DNA from: an uncultured Chloroflexia bacterium
GTDB taxonomy: Bacteria; Chloroflexota; Ktedonobacteria; Ktedonobacterales; JADMIN01
Length of the DNA stretch: 32,000 nt
Assembly: GCA_963718915.1 (NCBI GenBank)
Contig: CAVRAI010000015.1
Span: forward strand, 390,001-422,000
Direction: 5' to 3'
Shown: positions 8,613-17,669 of the stretch, in pieces
Position numbering within the stretch: the first letter of the stretch is position 1
Layout of the letters: each line of letters opens with the position of its first letter
The notes under the pieces: model-generated
Seen by the model: only the letters and a program-made list of their open reading frames with translations
Told to the model about the DNA's origin: nothing
Database searches by the model: none
Position numbers and translations under genes: made by a program

Positions 8613-9686
8613 TCAACCAGTCGCGGTCTGGCTGATCTGGGAGCCAGCAGAAATAGCTTGTGCCCGCTCGCGCCGCTTCAACCGGCGATCCAGCGCGATC
8701 AGCAGCACAAAGCATGGCACGGTCGCGAGGAACTCCAGGCTGGGCCAGAAGAAAGGGATCGCCACGGTAATCAGGGTCGAGAAGGCCAGCACGCCCGTGA
8801 TAAGCGCCAGTGTGTGCCGGGGCGACCAGCCTGCCCGCGCGGTCCAGCCGCGCCCAATGCGCAGGATAAATGCGCTGAACAGGATGAAGAAAACGATGTC
8901 AATATACTGCGCCGCCAGGGCGTAGGAGCCAGCGAGCTTCAGCGTGATCGGTGGGATAGCGTAGATCAGCAGAAAGAAGCCCAGCATCGTCAAGAAGCCC
9001 GCCCAGCGGAGCCGCCAAAGGCTCGGCGGTGGTGTAGCGCTCAGGAGACGCGAGCGCGCCGCCGGGAGCCGGATCGCGACAATCGCCAGTGTGAGGGCGA
9101 GCGCGAAGACGACGATGCGATATGGACGGTAGCTCTCGACGAAGAGGAAGACCGATGTCAGCAGCAGAAAAATCACCGAACTGATGATGATACCCCGGCG
9201 GCGCAGCAGCGGCAGCCCCGCGCGCGAGGGGAAGATGGTCTCAATAAACGCGATGGGGGCGATCACACTGATGAAGACGTGGAAGATGGTGAGCGCCACC
9301 GCCCAGGTGTAGTTGATCTGGCCGATATACACATATCCGTTGTACTTGACCGTGTACCATGTTCCGGCGATAACGCCTTCGTTGATGAAGCCGAACGCGA
9401 TACCCAGGAGGATGAGGCTGACCCAGCCAAGACGGCGACGCACCAGCGCCTCGCGGATCAGCAAGTCAGCCAGGCCGTAGAAGAGCATGATGAAGAGCAG
9501 GTCGCCGGGCTGCGCGATAATCTTTGCCACTGAGGTGCTTGTCGTGGTGAGTGTTTCGGGAATTACCGCGGCGAAGAAGCAGAGGACGAGCGCCACATAC
9601 CACGTGCGCCGTCGGCGTGGGGCGGGCGGGGCGGTCTCGGTCTCCGCTGGCCGTATCTGACCTTCGAGGATGGGCAACTGTTGCAT
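8613..9686 (-). CDS. polytopic membrane protein, unrecognised family (paralog 2)
   Basis: 357-aa ORF with a GGGGAGG SD before the ATG. It shares long identical blocks with paralog 1 (LCFFAAVIPETLTTTSTSVAKII, INEGVIAGTWY, PIAFIETIFPS, ATPPPSLWRLRWAGF, RHTLALITGVL, WPSLEFLA). Confidence 0.75.
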   Translation of the reverse strand: MQQLPILEGQIRPAETETAPPAPRRRRTWYVALVLCFFAAVIPETLTTTSTSVAKIIAQPGDLLFIMLFYGLADLLIREALVRRRLGWVSLILLGIAFGFINEGVIAGTWYTVKYNGYVYIGQINYTWAVALTIFHVFISVIAPIAFIETIFPSRAGLPLLRRRGIIISSVIFLLLTSVFLFVESYRPYRIVVFALALTLAIVAIRLPAARSRLLSATPPPSLWRLRWAGFLTMLGFFLLIYAIPPITLKLAGSYALAAQYIDIVFFILFSAFILRIGRGWTARAGWSPRHTLALITGVLAFSTLITVAIPFFWPSLEFLATVPCFVLLIALDRRLKRRERAQAISAGSQISQTATG

Positions 9687-9762
9687 GGACGCCTCCCCAT
9701 AATGCCGATGCTGCTACGAGATCATACTGATTTCGGGTGAGTTGTTGTGGTTCAGGCGCCCA

Positions 9763-9838
9763 CCGTAGCCTTCAGGCTACGGCGAATTTCCTCGGCCGCA
9801 GCCTCGTCCACCCATTCGCCGTAGCGTTGACGCTACGG
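9763..9838. repeat. pair of near-identical 8-bp-stem hairpins forming a 25-nt imperfect inverted repeat
   Basis: Hairpin 1 is ccgtagcc-ttca-ggctacgg (9763-9782). Hairpin 2 is ccgtagcg-ttga-cgctacgg (9819-9838). The inner arms ctacggcgaat (9777-9787) and attcgccgtag (9814-9824) are perfectly complementary. Confidence 0.8.
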
Positions 9839-9911
9839 CTTGCCCGCCCTAGAACCACCACCAACCCAGACAGATTTCGTATCAACGGACACCAGCTTTC
9901 CACAGACAAGA

Positions 9912-9945
9912 CTACCCCCTCCACGCAACAGTGTGAAGGGGGTAG
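9912..9945 (-). terminator. candidate lon terminator hairpin
   Basis: 9-bp stem ctaccccct / agggggtag with a 16-nt loop, 31 nt downstream of the lon stop, followed on the minus strand by UCUUGUCUG. The loop is long and the U-tract weak. Confidence 0.3.
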
Positions 9946-9976
9946 CGAGAAAGTAGCCTGATTGTCGGTGCGCGAC

Positions 9977-12652
9977 TTAGAGCGCGGGCGTCTCCGATGC
10001 TGGCTCCGGCCCGGCGGGCGGCGGAATCTCGCCTTCGACAGCAACCTCCGTCGGGACAAGCACTGGCGGCGGTGGCGACTTTTGGGAGGCCTTGGTATTC
10101 GGCCCCTTTCTGTCTTCCTGCTTGTGGGGCATGAGCGCCAGCTTCAACACCTGTTCCATCGTGGCGACAGGCGTAAACGTCATCTCCTCGCGAATCCGCA
10201 CCGGAATCTCGGCGAGATCCTTGACATTATCCTCCGGAATAATCAGGTGACGAATGCCGACACGGTGCGCCGCCAGCGTCTTCTCTTTGAGGCCGCCAAT
10301 TGCCAGCACACGGCCACGCAGCGTAATCTCGCCGGTCATCGCGAGGTCGCTCCGTATCGGCTGGCGTGTCAGCGCGGAGATGATCGCCAGCGCCATGGTA
10401 ATGCCCGCCGATGGGCCATCTTTCGGAATCGCCCCTTCCGGCAGGTGGATGTGAATATCCAGATCGTCAGGGAAACTCTCCGGCAGATTAAGCTCCGGCG
10501 CGCGTGATCGGATGTAGGAGAGCCCGGCGCGCGCCGACTCCTGCATGACATCGCCAAGCTGGCCCGTGACCATCAGATGGCCCTTGCCTGGCATCGTCAC
10601 CACCTCGACTGGCAGCAACGCGCCGCCATTGGAGGTCCACGCCAGCCCGGTCGCCACGCCAACCTGCCCGTATTCGAGCGCCTTATCGGGCGAGTAGCGG
10701 GTCACGCCCAGATACTGCTCGACATTGCGCTCGGACAGGCGGATACGCACAGTAGGCTTCTGCACGATGCGTAGCGCTGCCTTGCGGCAGATGGTCGCAA
10801 GCTGGCGTTCCAGGTTACGGACGCCCGCCTCGCGCGTGTAGCGGTTGACGATGAAACGCATGACGTTGATGGGAATTTGCACCTGGCTCTTGCCCAGCCC
10901 ATGCTCGCCAAGCACCTTCGGCAGCAGATGTGTCCGCGCGATCTCGATCTTCTCTTCCTCGGTGTAGCCGGGAATCTCGACGATATCCATCCGGTCGGCC
11001 AGCGCCCGCGGAATCTGATAGCGGTTGTTGCCGGTGCAGATGAAGAAGACCTCAGAGAGATCGTAGGGAAGCTCCATGTAGTGATCGGTGAAGGTCGAGT
11101 TCTGCTCCGGGTCAAGCACCTCCAGCAGCGCCGCCGATGGGTCGCCTCGGTAGTCGGAGGTCAGCTTGTCGATCTCGTCGAGCAGGAAGACGGGATTGCG
11201 CACACCCGCCGACTTCATCGCCTGGATGATGCGCCCCGGCAGCGCGCTCACGTAGGTGCGGCGGTGACCGCGAATCTCGGCCTCATCATGCACGCCGCCC
11301 AGCGAGATGCGGACGAACTTGCGACCGAGCGCCTGGGCGACCGAACGCCCCAGCGAGGTCTTACCGACCCCTGGCGGGCCAATCAGGCAGAGAATCGGCC
11401 CTTTATGGTTGGTGTGATTGCCGTTCTTCGCGGCCTCCTCGCCATTGTGAGCCGTCGCCTGGTGTCGCCGCTGCTCCTGCTGGATGCGTAGCTGGCGCAC
11501 CGCCAGGAACTCAACGATGCGCTCCTTGACCTTCTCCAGCCCGTAGTGATCGGCGTCCAGCACTTCTTGCGCATGCGGCATATCGAGCCGGTCTTCGGTG
11601 CGCTCCTGCCAGGGAAGCGCCAGAATCCAGTCAAGATAGTTGCGCAGCACGCCGACCTCCGCGGAGTGCGCGGGCATGCGTTCAAGACGGTCGATCTCTT
11701 TATTGGCCCGCGCGAGAATCTCTGCTGGTAGCTGCTTCTGTTCCATCTTCTCGCGTAGCTCGCGTACCTCACTGGCCTGGTCGCTGCCCAATTCCTCCTG
11801 GATAGCGCGTAACTGTTCTTTGAGGTAATACTCCCGCTGGTTCTTATCCACCTGTTGGCGTACCCGCTGGCGAATCTTGTTTTCGAGCTCGAGAATCTCG
11901 ATCTCGTTGCCAAGCGAGACGCAGAGTTTTTCCAGCCGGTCCAGCGGGTTGAGCGTGCTCAGGAACTCCTGCTGCTGCTCGCACTCGGTCACGACATGTG
12001 AGGCGATTGCGTCCGCAAGGTGGCTGACATCGGTGATCTCGCGCACGCTCTCAAGCTCCTCGGCGCCGATGCGGCGGCTGAGGGTTGCGAAGCGATCAAA
12101 GAGGCTCTGCGCCTGGCGAGCCAGCGCCTTGCCCTGGGCTGCGGGGACCGCTTCTTCGGTGAGCGCCTCCCAGGTCACGGTGGGGTACGGCTCCTGCTGC
12201 ACCCAGTCGAGCAGGCGCACTCGTTTGACGCCTTCGATGACGATCTGGATAGCAGTGGAGTTTTCGTCGCGCGGCTCGAAAGACTGAATCTCGACCAGCG
12301 TGGCGATAGGAAAGGCATCTTCCTGCCCAGGGTTCTCGACGGAACTCTGGCGCTGCGAGCCTGCGATGAACCGCCCGGAACCTGCCCGGGCGTCTTTGAC
12401 CGCGATGAGCGAGCGCTCCCGGCCAATATTGATACTCATACGCATGCGCGGGAAGATAACTGCATCTTTGAGCAGAACGAGCGGGGTGGGTTGCGCCTCT
12501 GCTGATTGCTGAATGATATCTCTATGCTCGTTGCCCGGCGCCACTGGCGCCTCCTTCCTGGAAATTGGCGTTTCATCATACAGTCCCGCCGGAAAGGTTG
12601 AAACCTTCCGGTAGGGAAACTGGTGCTGGTCTGCCTGTACAGGTGGCATCAC
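9977..12652 (-). CDS. lon: ATP-dependent Lon protease (LonA type)
   Basis: 891-aa ORF. Lon N-domain, Walker [10 protein letters not shown], Walker B LLDEIDK, protease Ser in [11 protein letters not shown] and Lys in GGLKEK. Has ~55-aa N-terminal and ~55-aa Pro-rich C-terminal extensions. Begins 39 nt after the clpX stop. Confidence 0.95.
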   Translation of the reverse strand: MMPPVQADQHQFPYRKVSTFPAGLYDETPISRKEAPVAPGNEHRDIIQQSAEAQPTPLVLLKDAVIFPRMRMSINIGRERSLIAVKDARAGSGRFIAGSQRQSSVENPGQEDAFPIATLVEIQSFEPRDENSTAIQIVIEGVKRVRLLDWVQQEPYPTVTWEALTEEAVPAAQGKALARQAQSLFDRFATLSRRIGAEELESVREITDVSHLADAIASHVVTECEQQQEFLSTLNPLDRLEKLCVSLGNEIEILELENKIRQRVRQQVDKNQREYYLKEQLRAIQEELGSDQASEVRELREKMEQKQLPAEILARANKEIDRLERMPAHSAEVGVLRNYLDWILALPWQERTEDRLDMPHAQEVLDADHYGLEKVKERIVEFLAVRQLRIQQEQRRHQATAHNGEEAAKNGNHTNHKGPILCLIGPPGVGKTSLGRSVAQALGRKFVRISLGGVHDEAEIRGHRRTYVSALPGRIIQAMKSAGVRNPVFLLDEIDKLTSDYRGDPSAALLEVLDPEQNSTFTDHYMELPYDLSEVFFICTGNNRYQIPRALADRMDIVEIPGYTEEEKIEIARTHLLPKVLGEHGLGKSQVQIPINVMRFIVNRYTREAGVRNLERQLATICRKAALRIVQKPTVRIRLSERNVEQYLGVTRYSPDKALEYGQVGVATGLAWTSNGGALLPVEVVTMPGKGHLMVTGQLGDVMQESARAGLSYIRSRAPELNLPESFPDDLDIHIHLPEGAIPKDGPSAGITMALAIISALTRQPIRSDLAMTGEITLRGRVLAIGGLKEKTLAAHRVGIRHLIIPEDNVKDLAEIPVRIREEMTFTPVATMEQVLKLALMPHKQEDRKGPNTKASQKSPPPPVLVPTEVAVEGEIPPPAGPEPASETPAL

Positions 12653-12691
12653 CGCCCGGCATACTGTCGGGAATGTGGTTCAGACGACGCG

Positions 12692-13942
12692 CTAGGCGGA
12701 TTCGTCTTCGAGTTCGACCGCGCGTGCCTCGCTCCGGGTGATGAGTTGTGCGGGCTTCCGCTGAGTGATGGTCTCGCCATCGATGATGACTTTTTTCACG
12801 TCACTGCGCGAGGGAATCTCGAACATCACATCCAGCAGCACTTCTTCGATGACGGTCCGCAGACCGCGCGCGCCTGTCTTCTGTTTCAACGCGCTGTCGG
12901 CGGCAGCCTCGAGTGCGTCGTCGGTGAAGACTAGCTCGGTACGATCCAGGTGCATCAACTTCTGATACTGCTTGATGATCGCGTTCTTCGGCTCGGTCAA
13001 AATGCGAACGAGCGCATCGCGATCGAGATTCTCGAGCGAGACGGTGATCGGCAGACGCCCGACGAATTCGGGAATCAGCCCAAACTTGAGTAAATCGTCC
13101 GGATTCAACTGTGCCAGCGCCTCGTTGCTCATCTCCAGCGTTTCTTCGGGCGCAGCCTTGAAGCCCATCGTCTTGTGGCTGCCCAGACGCTTTTCGACGA
13201 TCTTATCCAGACCCTCAAACGCGCCGCCGCAGATGAACAGGATGTTCTGGGTATTGATCTGAATGAAATCCTGGTGAGGATGTTTGCGTCCGCCCTGCGG
13301 CGGAACGTTCGCGATAGTGCCCTCGATAATCTTGAGGAGCGCCTGCTGTACACCTTCGCCAGAGACATCGCGGGTAATCGAAGGATTATCGGCTTTACGT
13401 GCGATCTTATCAATTTCGTCAACGTAGACGATGCCACGCTCGGCGCGCGCTACGTCAAAGTCGGCGATCTGAATCAGCCGCAGCAGAATATTTTCGACAT
13501 CTTCACCGACATAGCCCGCCTCGGTGAGCGCGGTCGCATCGGCGATACAGAAGGGGACATCGAGAATCTTGGCCAGCGTCTGCGCCAGGTAGGTCTTGCC
13601 GCAGCCGGTCGGGCCAATCAGCAGGATGTTGCTCTTGCCGAGTTCGACGTCATCAATCTGCATGGCGGAATTGATGCGCTTGTAATGGTTATACACGGCG
13701 ACAGCAAGCGCCTTCTTAGCGCGATCCTGGCCAATGACGTATTGATTGAGTTGCTCATTGATCTTGCGCGGAGTAGGAATTTTGCCCGTGGTGACACGTG
13801 GCTTCGTTGAGGACTGTTCTTCCTCGATGATTTCCCGGCATAGCTCGACGCATTCGTCGCAGATATAGACGCCGCCGGGCCCAGCGATCAGACGTTGTAC
13901 CTGATCCTGGCTCTTGCCGCAGAAGGAGCATCGGTAGGTCAT
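12692..13942 (-). CDS. clpX: ATP-dependent Clp protease ATP-binding subunit ClpX
   Basis: N-terminal zinc-binding CSFCGKS...CDEC, Walker A GPTGCGKT, pore loop GYVGEDV, Walker B VYVDEIDK, and an IGF-type ClpP-docking loop present as MGF. ATG 13942 (GAAGGGGA 5 nt upstream) is preferred over the ORF-track start at 13999. Confidence 0.95.
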   Translation of the reverse strand: MTYRCSFCGKSQDQVQRLIAGPGGVYICDECVELCREIIEEEQSSTKPRVTTGKIPTPRKINEQLNQYVIGQDRAKKALAVAVYNHYKRINSAMQIDDVELGKSNILLIGPTGCGKTYLAQTLAKILDVPFCIADATALTEAGYVGEDVENILLRLIQIADFDVARAERGIVYVDEIDKIARKADNPSITRDVSGEGVQQALLKIIEGTIANVPPQGGRKHPHQDFIQINTQNILFICGGAFEGLDKIVEKRLGSHKTMGFKAAPEETLEMSNEALAQLNPDDLLKFGLIPEFVGRLPITVSLENLDRDALVRILTEPKNAIIKQYQKLMHLDRTELVFTDDALEAAADSALKQKTGARGLRTVIEEVLLDVMFEIPSRSDVKKVIIDGETITQRKPAQLITRSEARAVELEDESA

Positions 13943-14355
13943 ACGTGTCCCCTTCATATTTGCCACGGTAACACCATCCCCTCGTTGCCCGACGGTCACT
14001 GAGCCACCGGACTGTGGCCGATTTCATCATCCAACAGCATGTGTTATGCCACAATAACTACACCCAGGATACATCTATGGTATGCCATGGTATGCCATTG
14101 TTCTACAGCACATGCCGCGCAATGCGGAAAACCGACCTGAACTGTTTGGATTCCCTCCCACACTAACTACGGAGAACGATCCTCCGTGGTTTGGGCGTGG
14201 GGACGAGATGCCTCTGCCACCGTGACCTGTGACGGTTGGCGAGCATGTGGCTATCTATCTAGCTGTCAGTCACATGCTCACCGTCGAATGAACGACGGGT
14301 ACCACCAATTATAACGTACGATGCACAGTACCGTGTCGCTCGCACGACACGTAAC

Positions 14356-16008
14356 TCATTGTGTGAAACGGGTAGTGCCAGTATACCCCGGAAAACCCAT
14401 TTCCCCTGCACTAATTTTCGTTTTCTGGTACCTCTGTATCGCCGGTACTTTCTGGCGTGCTCGCTTTTGCGCTGGCCGGGCTGTCGGCCTCCTCAGCCGT
14501 CTCGGTATCCGCCTTGATATCCGCCTCGACCTCGGCTTCCGCGTCGGCTTTGCCGTCGATCTCGGCTCCCGTGGTAGCAGCGGCAGTCGCTCCACGCTCG
14601 ACCGTTTCCGCCTCAGCCTCTTCATCCGCCTCAGCCTCTTCTGCCCGCCTCTTATCCGCGTCTTCCCCGCGTCTTCCGCGTCTTCCGCCTCGGCGAACTG
14701 GGAGAGGTCGGGCAGCACGATATCACCGCGCCCCTCGGTGGCGATTTCGATCAGCCGAGCAAGCGCCTTATCGCGGCGGATGCGGCCCTCGATATTGGCC
14801 AGTTGGTTGGCGGTGAGCTGGTTCATGCGGATGGGCTTGTCGCCACTGATGGCGTTGATGTTATCGAGCCACTGCGCAACCTCGTCCTGGCTGGCGGTGA
14901 TGCCCTCGGCGTCGGCGATGGCGTTGAGCACCAGGTCGCGCTTGACCCGCTCGCGCGCCTCTGGCTCCAGCTCCTGGTGATATTCCTCGTGACTCTTCTG
15001 CATCATCTTGAGATACTGCTGGAGGGAGAGGCGGCTCTGCGAGAGCATACGCTCGGTCTCGTGCTCCATCGCGTGAATCTCGTCGTCCACCAGCACCCGG
15101 TGCGGCTCGACGGTCGCGCCCTCGACGGCTTTGTTCACCACCTCGTCGCGCAGGCCGCGGCGGGCGTCGTTGATCTTCTGTACCATCAGCTGCTGGCGAA
15201 TGGCATCGCGCAACTGCTCGACGTTCTCGAAGTCGCCCGACGCCTTGGCCAGCTCGTCGTCTACCTCAGGCAGCTCGCGCACCTTCACGCCCAGCAGCTT
15301 GACATCGTACTGCGCTTCTTTATCGGCAAGCTCGGGGTTCGAGTAGTCTTCGGGGATGGTGGTCGTGAACTGCTTCGACTCACCCTCCTTCATGCCGATG
15401 ACCTCATCGTCCATGCCCGCGAAGATGCCGGGACGTTCGAGGACGAGCTCGAACTCGTTGTCGTGCAGGTTACTGACCTCTTTCTCGCCGACGGTCAGTT
15501 TGAGATCCATGGTCACGAAGTCGCCAAGCTGCGCGGCGCGTTCGACGGGCGTCTTGATGGCCTGGTCCTGCCGGATGCGCTCGACGATGTCGTCGATCTC
15601 CTGGTCGCTCACCTCGATGGGCGGCTGCTCGACACGGATCGCCTGATAGTCGCCGAGGATGACGGGCGCCAGAACCGGCACGCGCGCGGTGAAGGAGTAG
15701 GGCTGGCCGTATTCGATGGGCGGCGCGTCCACAGTGGGGCGGGCAATCGGCTGGATGCCGTTTTCGCGGATGGCCTGTCGGTAGCTCTGGTCGACCAGCT
15801 CTTCTAGCCCCTCTTGATAGATGGTGTCTTTGCCCAGCATGCGCTCGATCATCGAGCGGGGAGCCTTGCCCTTGCGGAAGCCCGGCACGTTATATTGCTG
15901 CGCCAGCTTCTTATAGGCGCGCTCGGAAGCTCTTTCGAGTTCGTCCCACTCCAGCTCGACATTCAGGACGGCCTCGCTATCTGCCCCCTGCTCTACGGTC
16001 ACTTTCAC
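14356..16008 (-). CDS. tig: trigger factor; reading frame of the C-terminal tail is in doubt (alternative end 14411)
   Basis: GTG start with GGAGGA 5 nt upstream. N-terminal ribosome-binding motif GFRKGKAP, then central PPIase-like and C-terminal domains in the usual order for ~435 aa. After that comes a ~110-aa Arg/Lys-rich tail that looks like an out-of-frame read (see finding). Confidence 0.9.
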   Translation of the reverse strand: MKVTVEQGADSEAVLNVELEWDELERASERAYKKLAQQYNVPGFRKGKAPRSMIERMLGKDTIYQEGLEELVDQSYRQAIRENGIQPIARPTVDAPPIEYGQPYSFTARVPVLAPVILGDYQAIRVEQPPIEVSDQEIDDIVERIRQDQAIKTPVERAAQLGDFVTMDLKLTVGEKEVSNLHDNEFELVLERPGIFAGMDDEVIGMKEGESKQFTTTIPEDYSNPELADKEAQYDVKLLGVKVRELPEVDDELAKASGDFENVEQLRDAIRQQLMVQKINDARRGLRDEVVNKAVEGATVEPHRVLVDDEIHAMEHETERMLSQSRLSLQQYLKMMQKSHEEYHQELEPEARERVKRDLVLNAIADAEGITASQDEVAQWLDNINAISGDKPIRMNQLTANQLANIEGRIRRDKALARLIEIATEGRGDIVLPDLSQFAEAEDAEDAGKTRIRGGQKRLRRMKRLRRKRSSVERLPLLPREPRSTAKPTRKPRSRRISRRIPRRLRRPTARPAQKRARQKVPAIQRYQKTKISAGEMGFPGYTGTTRFTQ

Positions 16009-16122
16009 GGTGTTCCTCCAGAAGAGAGGTGGCGCTGCCTCTCTTTATCTATTCCTCGCCGGGATACAGTGCGCACAGGATGCGCTCACGCACATGCAGC
16101 CTGTGTAATGGGCATGGCAAAG

Positions 16123-16143
16123 GCGAGGTAGTCAATACCTCGC
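16123..16143 (-). terminator. hairpin downstream of tRNA-Leu
   Basis: On the minus strand: GCGAGGTA-ttgac-TACCTCGC followed by CUUUGCC, 36 nt after the tRNA 3' end. The U-tract is short. Confidence 0.35.
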
Positions 16144-16178
16144 CCATGCGCTGGCCGCCCGCATGCCGCGGCGCCAGG

Positions 16179-16263
16179 TGGTGAGCGGCGAGAGACTCGA
16201 ACTCTCACGGGTTTCCCCAACGGATCCTAAGTCCGTCCTGTCTGCCAATTCCAGCAGCCGCCC
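16179..16263 (-). tRNA. tRNA-Leu, anticodon UAG, type II (long variable arm), CCA encoded
   Basis: Folded by hand. Acceptor GGGCGGC/GCCGCTC (one G-U pair). Anticodon stem ACGGA/TCCGT with loop CTTAGGA. Variable arm T-GGG-GAAA-CCC-GT. T arm GAGAG-TTCGAGT-CTCTC. Discriminator A plus CCA. 85 nt. Confidence 0.9.
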
Positions 16264-16577
16264 TTGGCGTACTCCCTGTCGATGTCGCGATGACGAAAAA
16301 CAGTGTCTGCCGTATCCACTATTATAGCACGTCTCCACCGACTGGCGAGGGTGGTAGATTAAGCGGAAATGGCATGACATGATCTCGAATGTGATGCGCC
16401 TAACGGTGGACGGAATTTACGAATTCTTGGCAAACACACCAACTCCAAGCGCTTGCCATACTGTGTATAATAAGCCTACCGAGCAGACATCATGTTTGTC
16501 TCTCAACAGAGCAGCGCGCAAACCAGGAGAACCGATTAATCTGGGCATCTTTAATCGAGAAGAAAGGGAGCGAATAG

Positions 16578-17384
16578 ATGAGCGAGGAAGATAGCGGCAG
16601 GTGGCGCGTGATTGGTCGAGTCGCCCTCATTTTAGGCATGATCGCGTCCATCGCTACGGTTCTGGCGTTTGTTGTCCACGGCACGTCCTCGACCAGTGCG
16701 AACAATCTCTCCGGCGCACAAGCCTCCGAAGCCACTGCCACTGCTCTGGCGCTGAACGCTACTCCAAGTTTGTCACCTACCCCATCCCCCATACCGCTTC
16801 CTACACAGACTCCTACGCCGCTTCCCACACCCGCCCCTCCTGGGACTGTACTATACCGCGCTGACCAATCGACGGGATGGAGCGGCTGGGATATTGGCGG
16901 TCCGTGGAAAGTTGTGAACGGGGTACTTCTGAATGATGGTACTGGCCCCGGATTCAGTTGCGGCGTAGAAGGTAGCCTAACAATCCCTTTTCAACCACAA
17001 TCAGCCAATATTGAAATCATTGCAACTATTGATTTACCCAACGGTCAAGGGCCAATTAACGGCCAAGGCCTTGGCCTCACAGCTCGCGAGGGTGACGCTC
17101 AAGGTAAAATCATCGGATACACTGCGGGCCTCAGTGGACTTGCTGGCCCTTCCATCTACGACGTCGATAGCTGCAATACTCTGGCTGAACACGATTATTC
17201 TAACCTGAGCATTGGTACTCATATCTTGCGCTTTGACCTCAACAGCACCGAGTTGCGATTCTATATTGACGGAGGCTTGGTCGTTGCGGCAAGCGATGCG
17301 AAGTACCTGTCGGCTGGCAAAGTCAGCTTCTACGCCTCTGCGCAGTACATGAAGGTCATCGGCTTCAAAGTCATCCAACTGTAG
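16578..17384 (+). CDS. membrane-anchored protein with Pro/Thr linker and beta-rich (lectin/glucanase-like?) C-terminal domain
   Basis: 268-aa ORF with AAGGGAG 7 nt before the ATG. N-terminal hydrophobic anchor VALILGMIASIATVLAFVV, low-complexity linker TPSLSPTPSPIPLPTQTPTPLPTPAPP, then a ~180-aa Gly/Asn/aromatic-rich domain. The fold assignment is a guess. Confidence 0.6.
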   Translation: MSEEDSGRWRVIGRVALILGMIASIATVLAFVVHGTSSTSANNLSGAQASEATATALALNATPSLSPTPSPIPLPTQTPTPLPTPAPPGTVLYRADQSTGWSGWDIGGPWKVVNGVLLNDGTGPGFSCGVEGSLTIPFQPQSANIEIIATIDLPNGQGPINGQGLGLTAREGDAQGKIIGYTAGLSGLAGPSIYDVDSCNTLAEHDYSNLSIGTHILRFDLNSTELRFYIDGGLVVAASDAKYLSAGKVSFYASAQYMKVIGFKVIQL

Positions 17385-17669
17385 CGCCTCCATACTATGG
17401 AGGGATGGCGCCTGCGTCTTGAGGATTCGACCATTATACTCGCCCTCGCTGTCTATGACAGAGGGGGTAATGTTCCTTTGATATGAACAGTTGCAGTTTT
17501 CCAATTTGCCGACATGGCCCACCTTCTCCCAGCGCCTTTGCCAGGTAGGCGATCTTGACGGGAAGGCTGGGCAAAGCGCACGCTGGAGAGGACAAGGCAC
17601 AACACAAACTGAGCGGATAGCAGGTGGATGCGCTCTCGCGTCTTGCCATCCGCTCAGTAGGTCAATCAC

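Noticed and set aside
8406-9533. 375-aa plus-strand ORF antisense to the paralogous membrane-protein genes
   Set aside because: The translation is Arg/Asp/Glu/Gln/His-rich low complexity with no motif. It lies fully opposite a well-supported, paralog-conserved coding frame. This is a typical shadow ORF of high-GC DNA.
9772-10059. 95-aa minus-strand ORF in the lon-downstream spacer
   Set aside because: It is Arg-rich, overlaps the 3' end of lon in another frame and runs through the hairpin-pair element. It has no SD or motif.
14000-14355. Degraded clpP remnant between tig and clpX
   Set aside because: Stops occur in all three minus-strand frames, no ClpP-like motif appears in any frame by eye, and the spacer is far shorter than a clpP gene.
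14803-15807. 334-aa plus-strand ORF antisense to trigger factor
   Set aside because: Leu/Val/Asp/His-rich mirror translation of a confidently identified tig gene, with no independent coding evidence.
16132-16380. 82-aa minus-strand ORF
   Set aside because: It overlaps the complete tRNA-Leu(UAG) gene and its flanks. The tRNA cloverleaf is unambiguous.
16454-16472. TTGCCA plus TATAAT upstream of the PT-linker protein gene
   Set aside because: The spacer is only 7 nt and no correctly spaced -35 exists. The TATAAT alone is insufficient.
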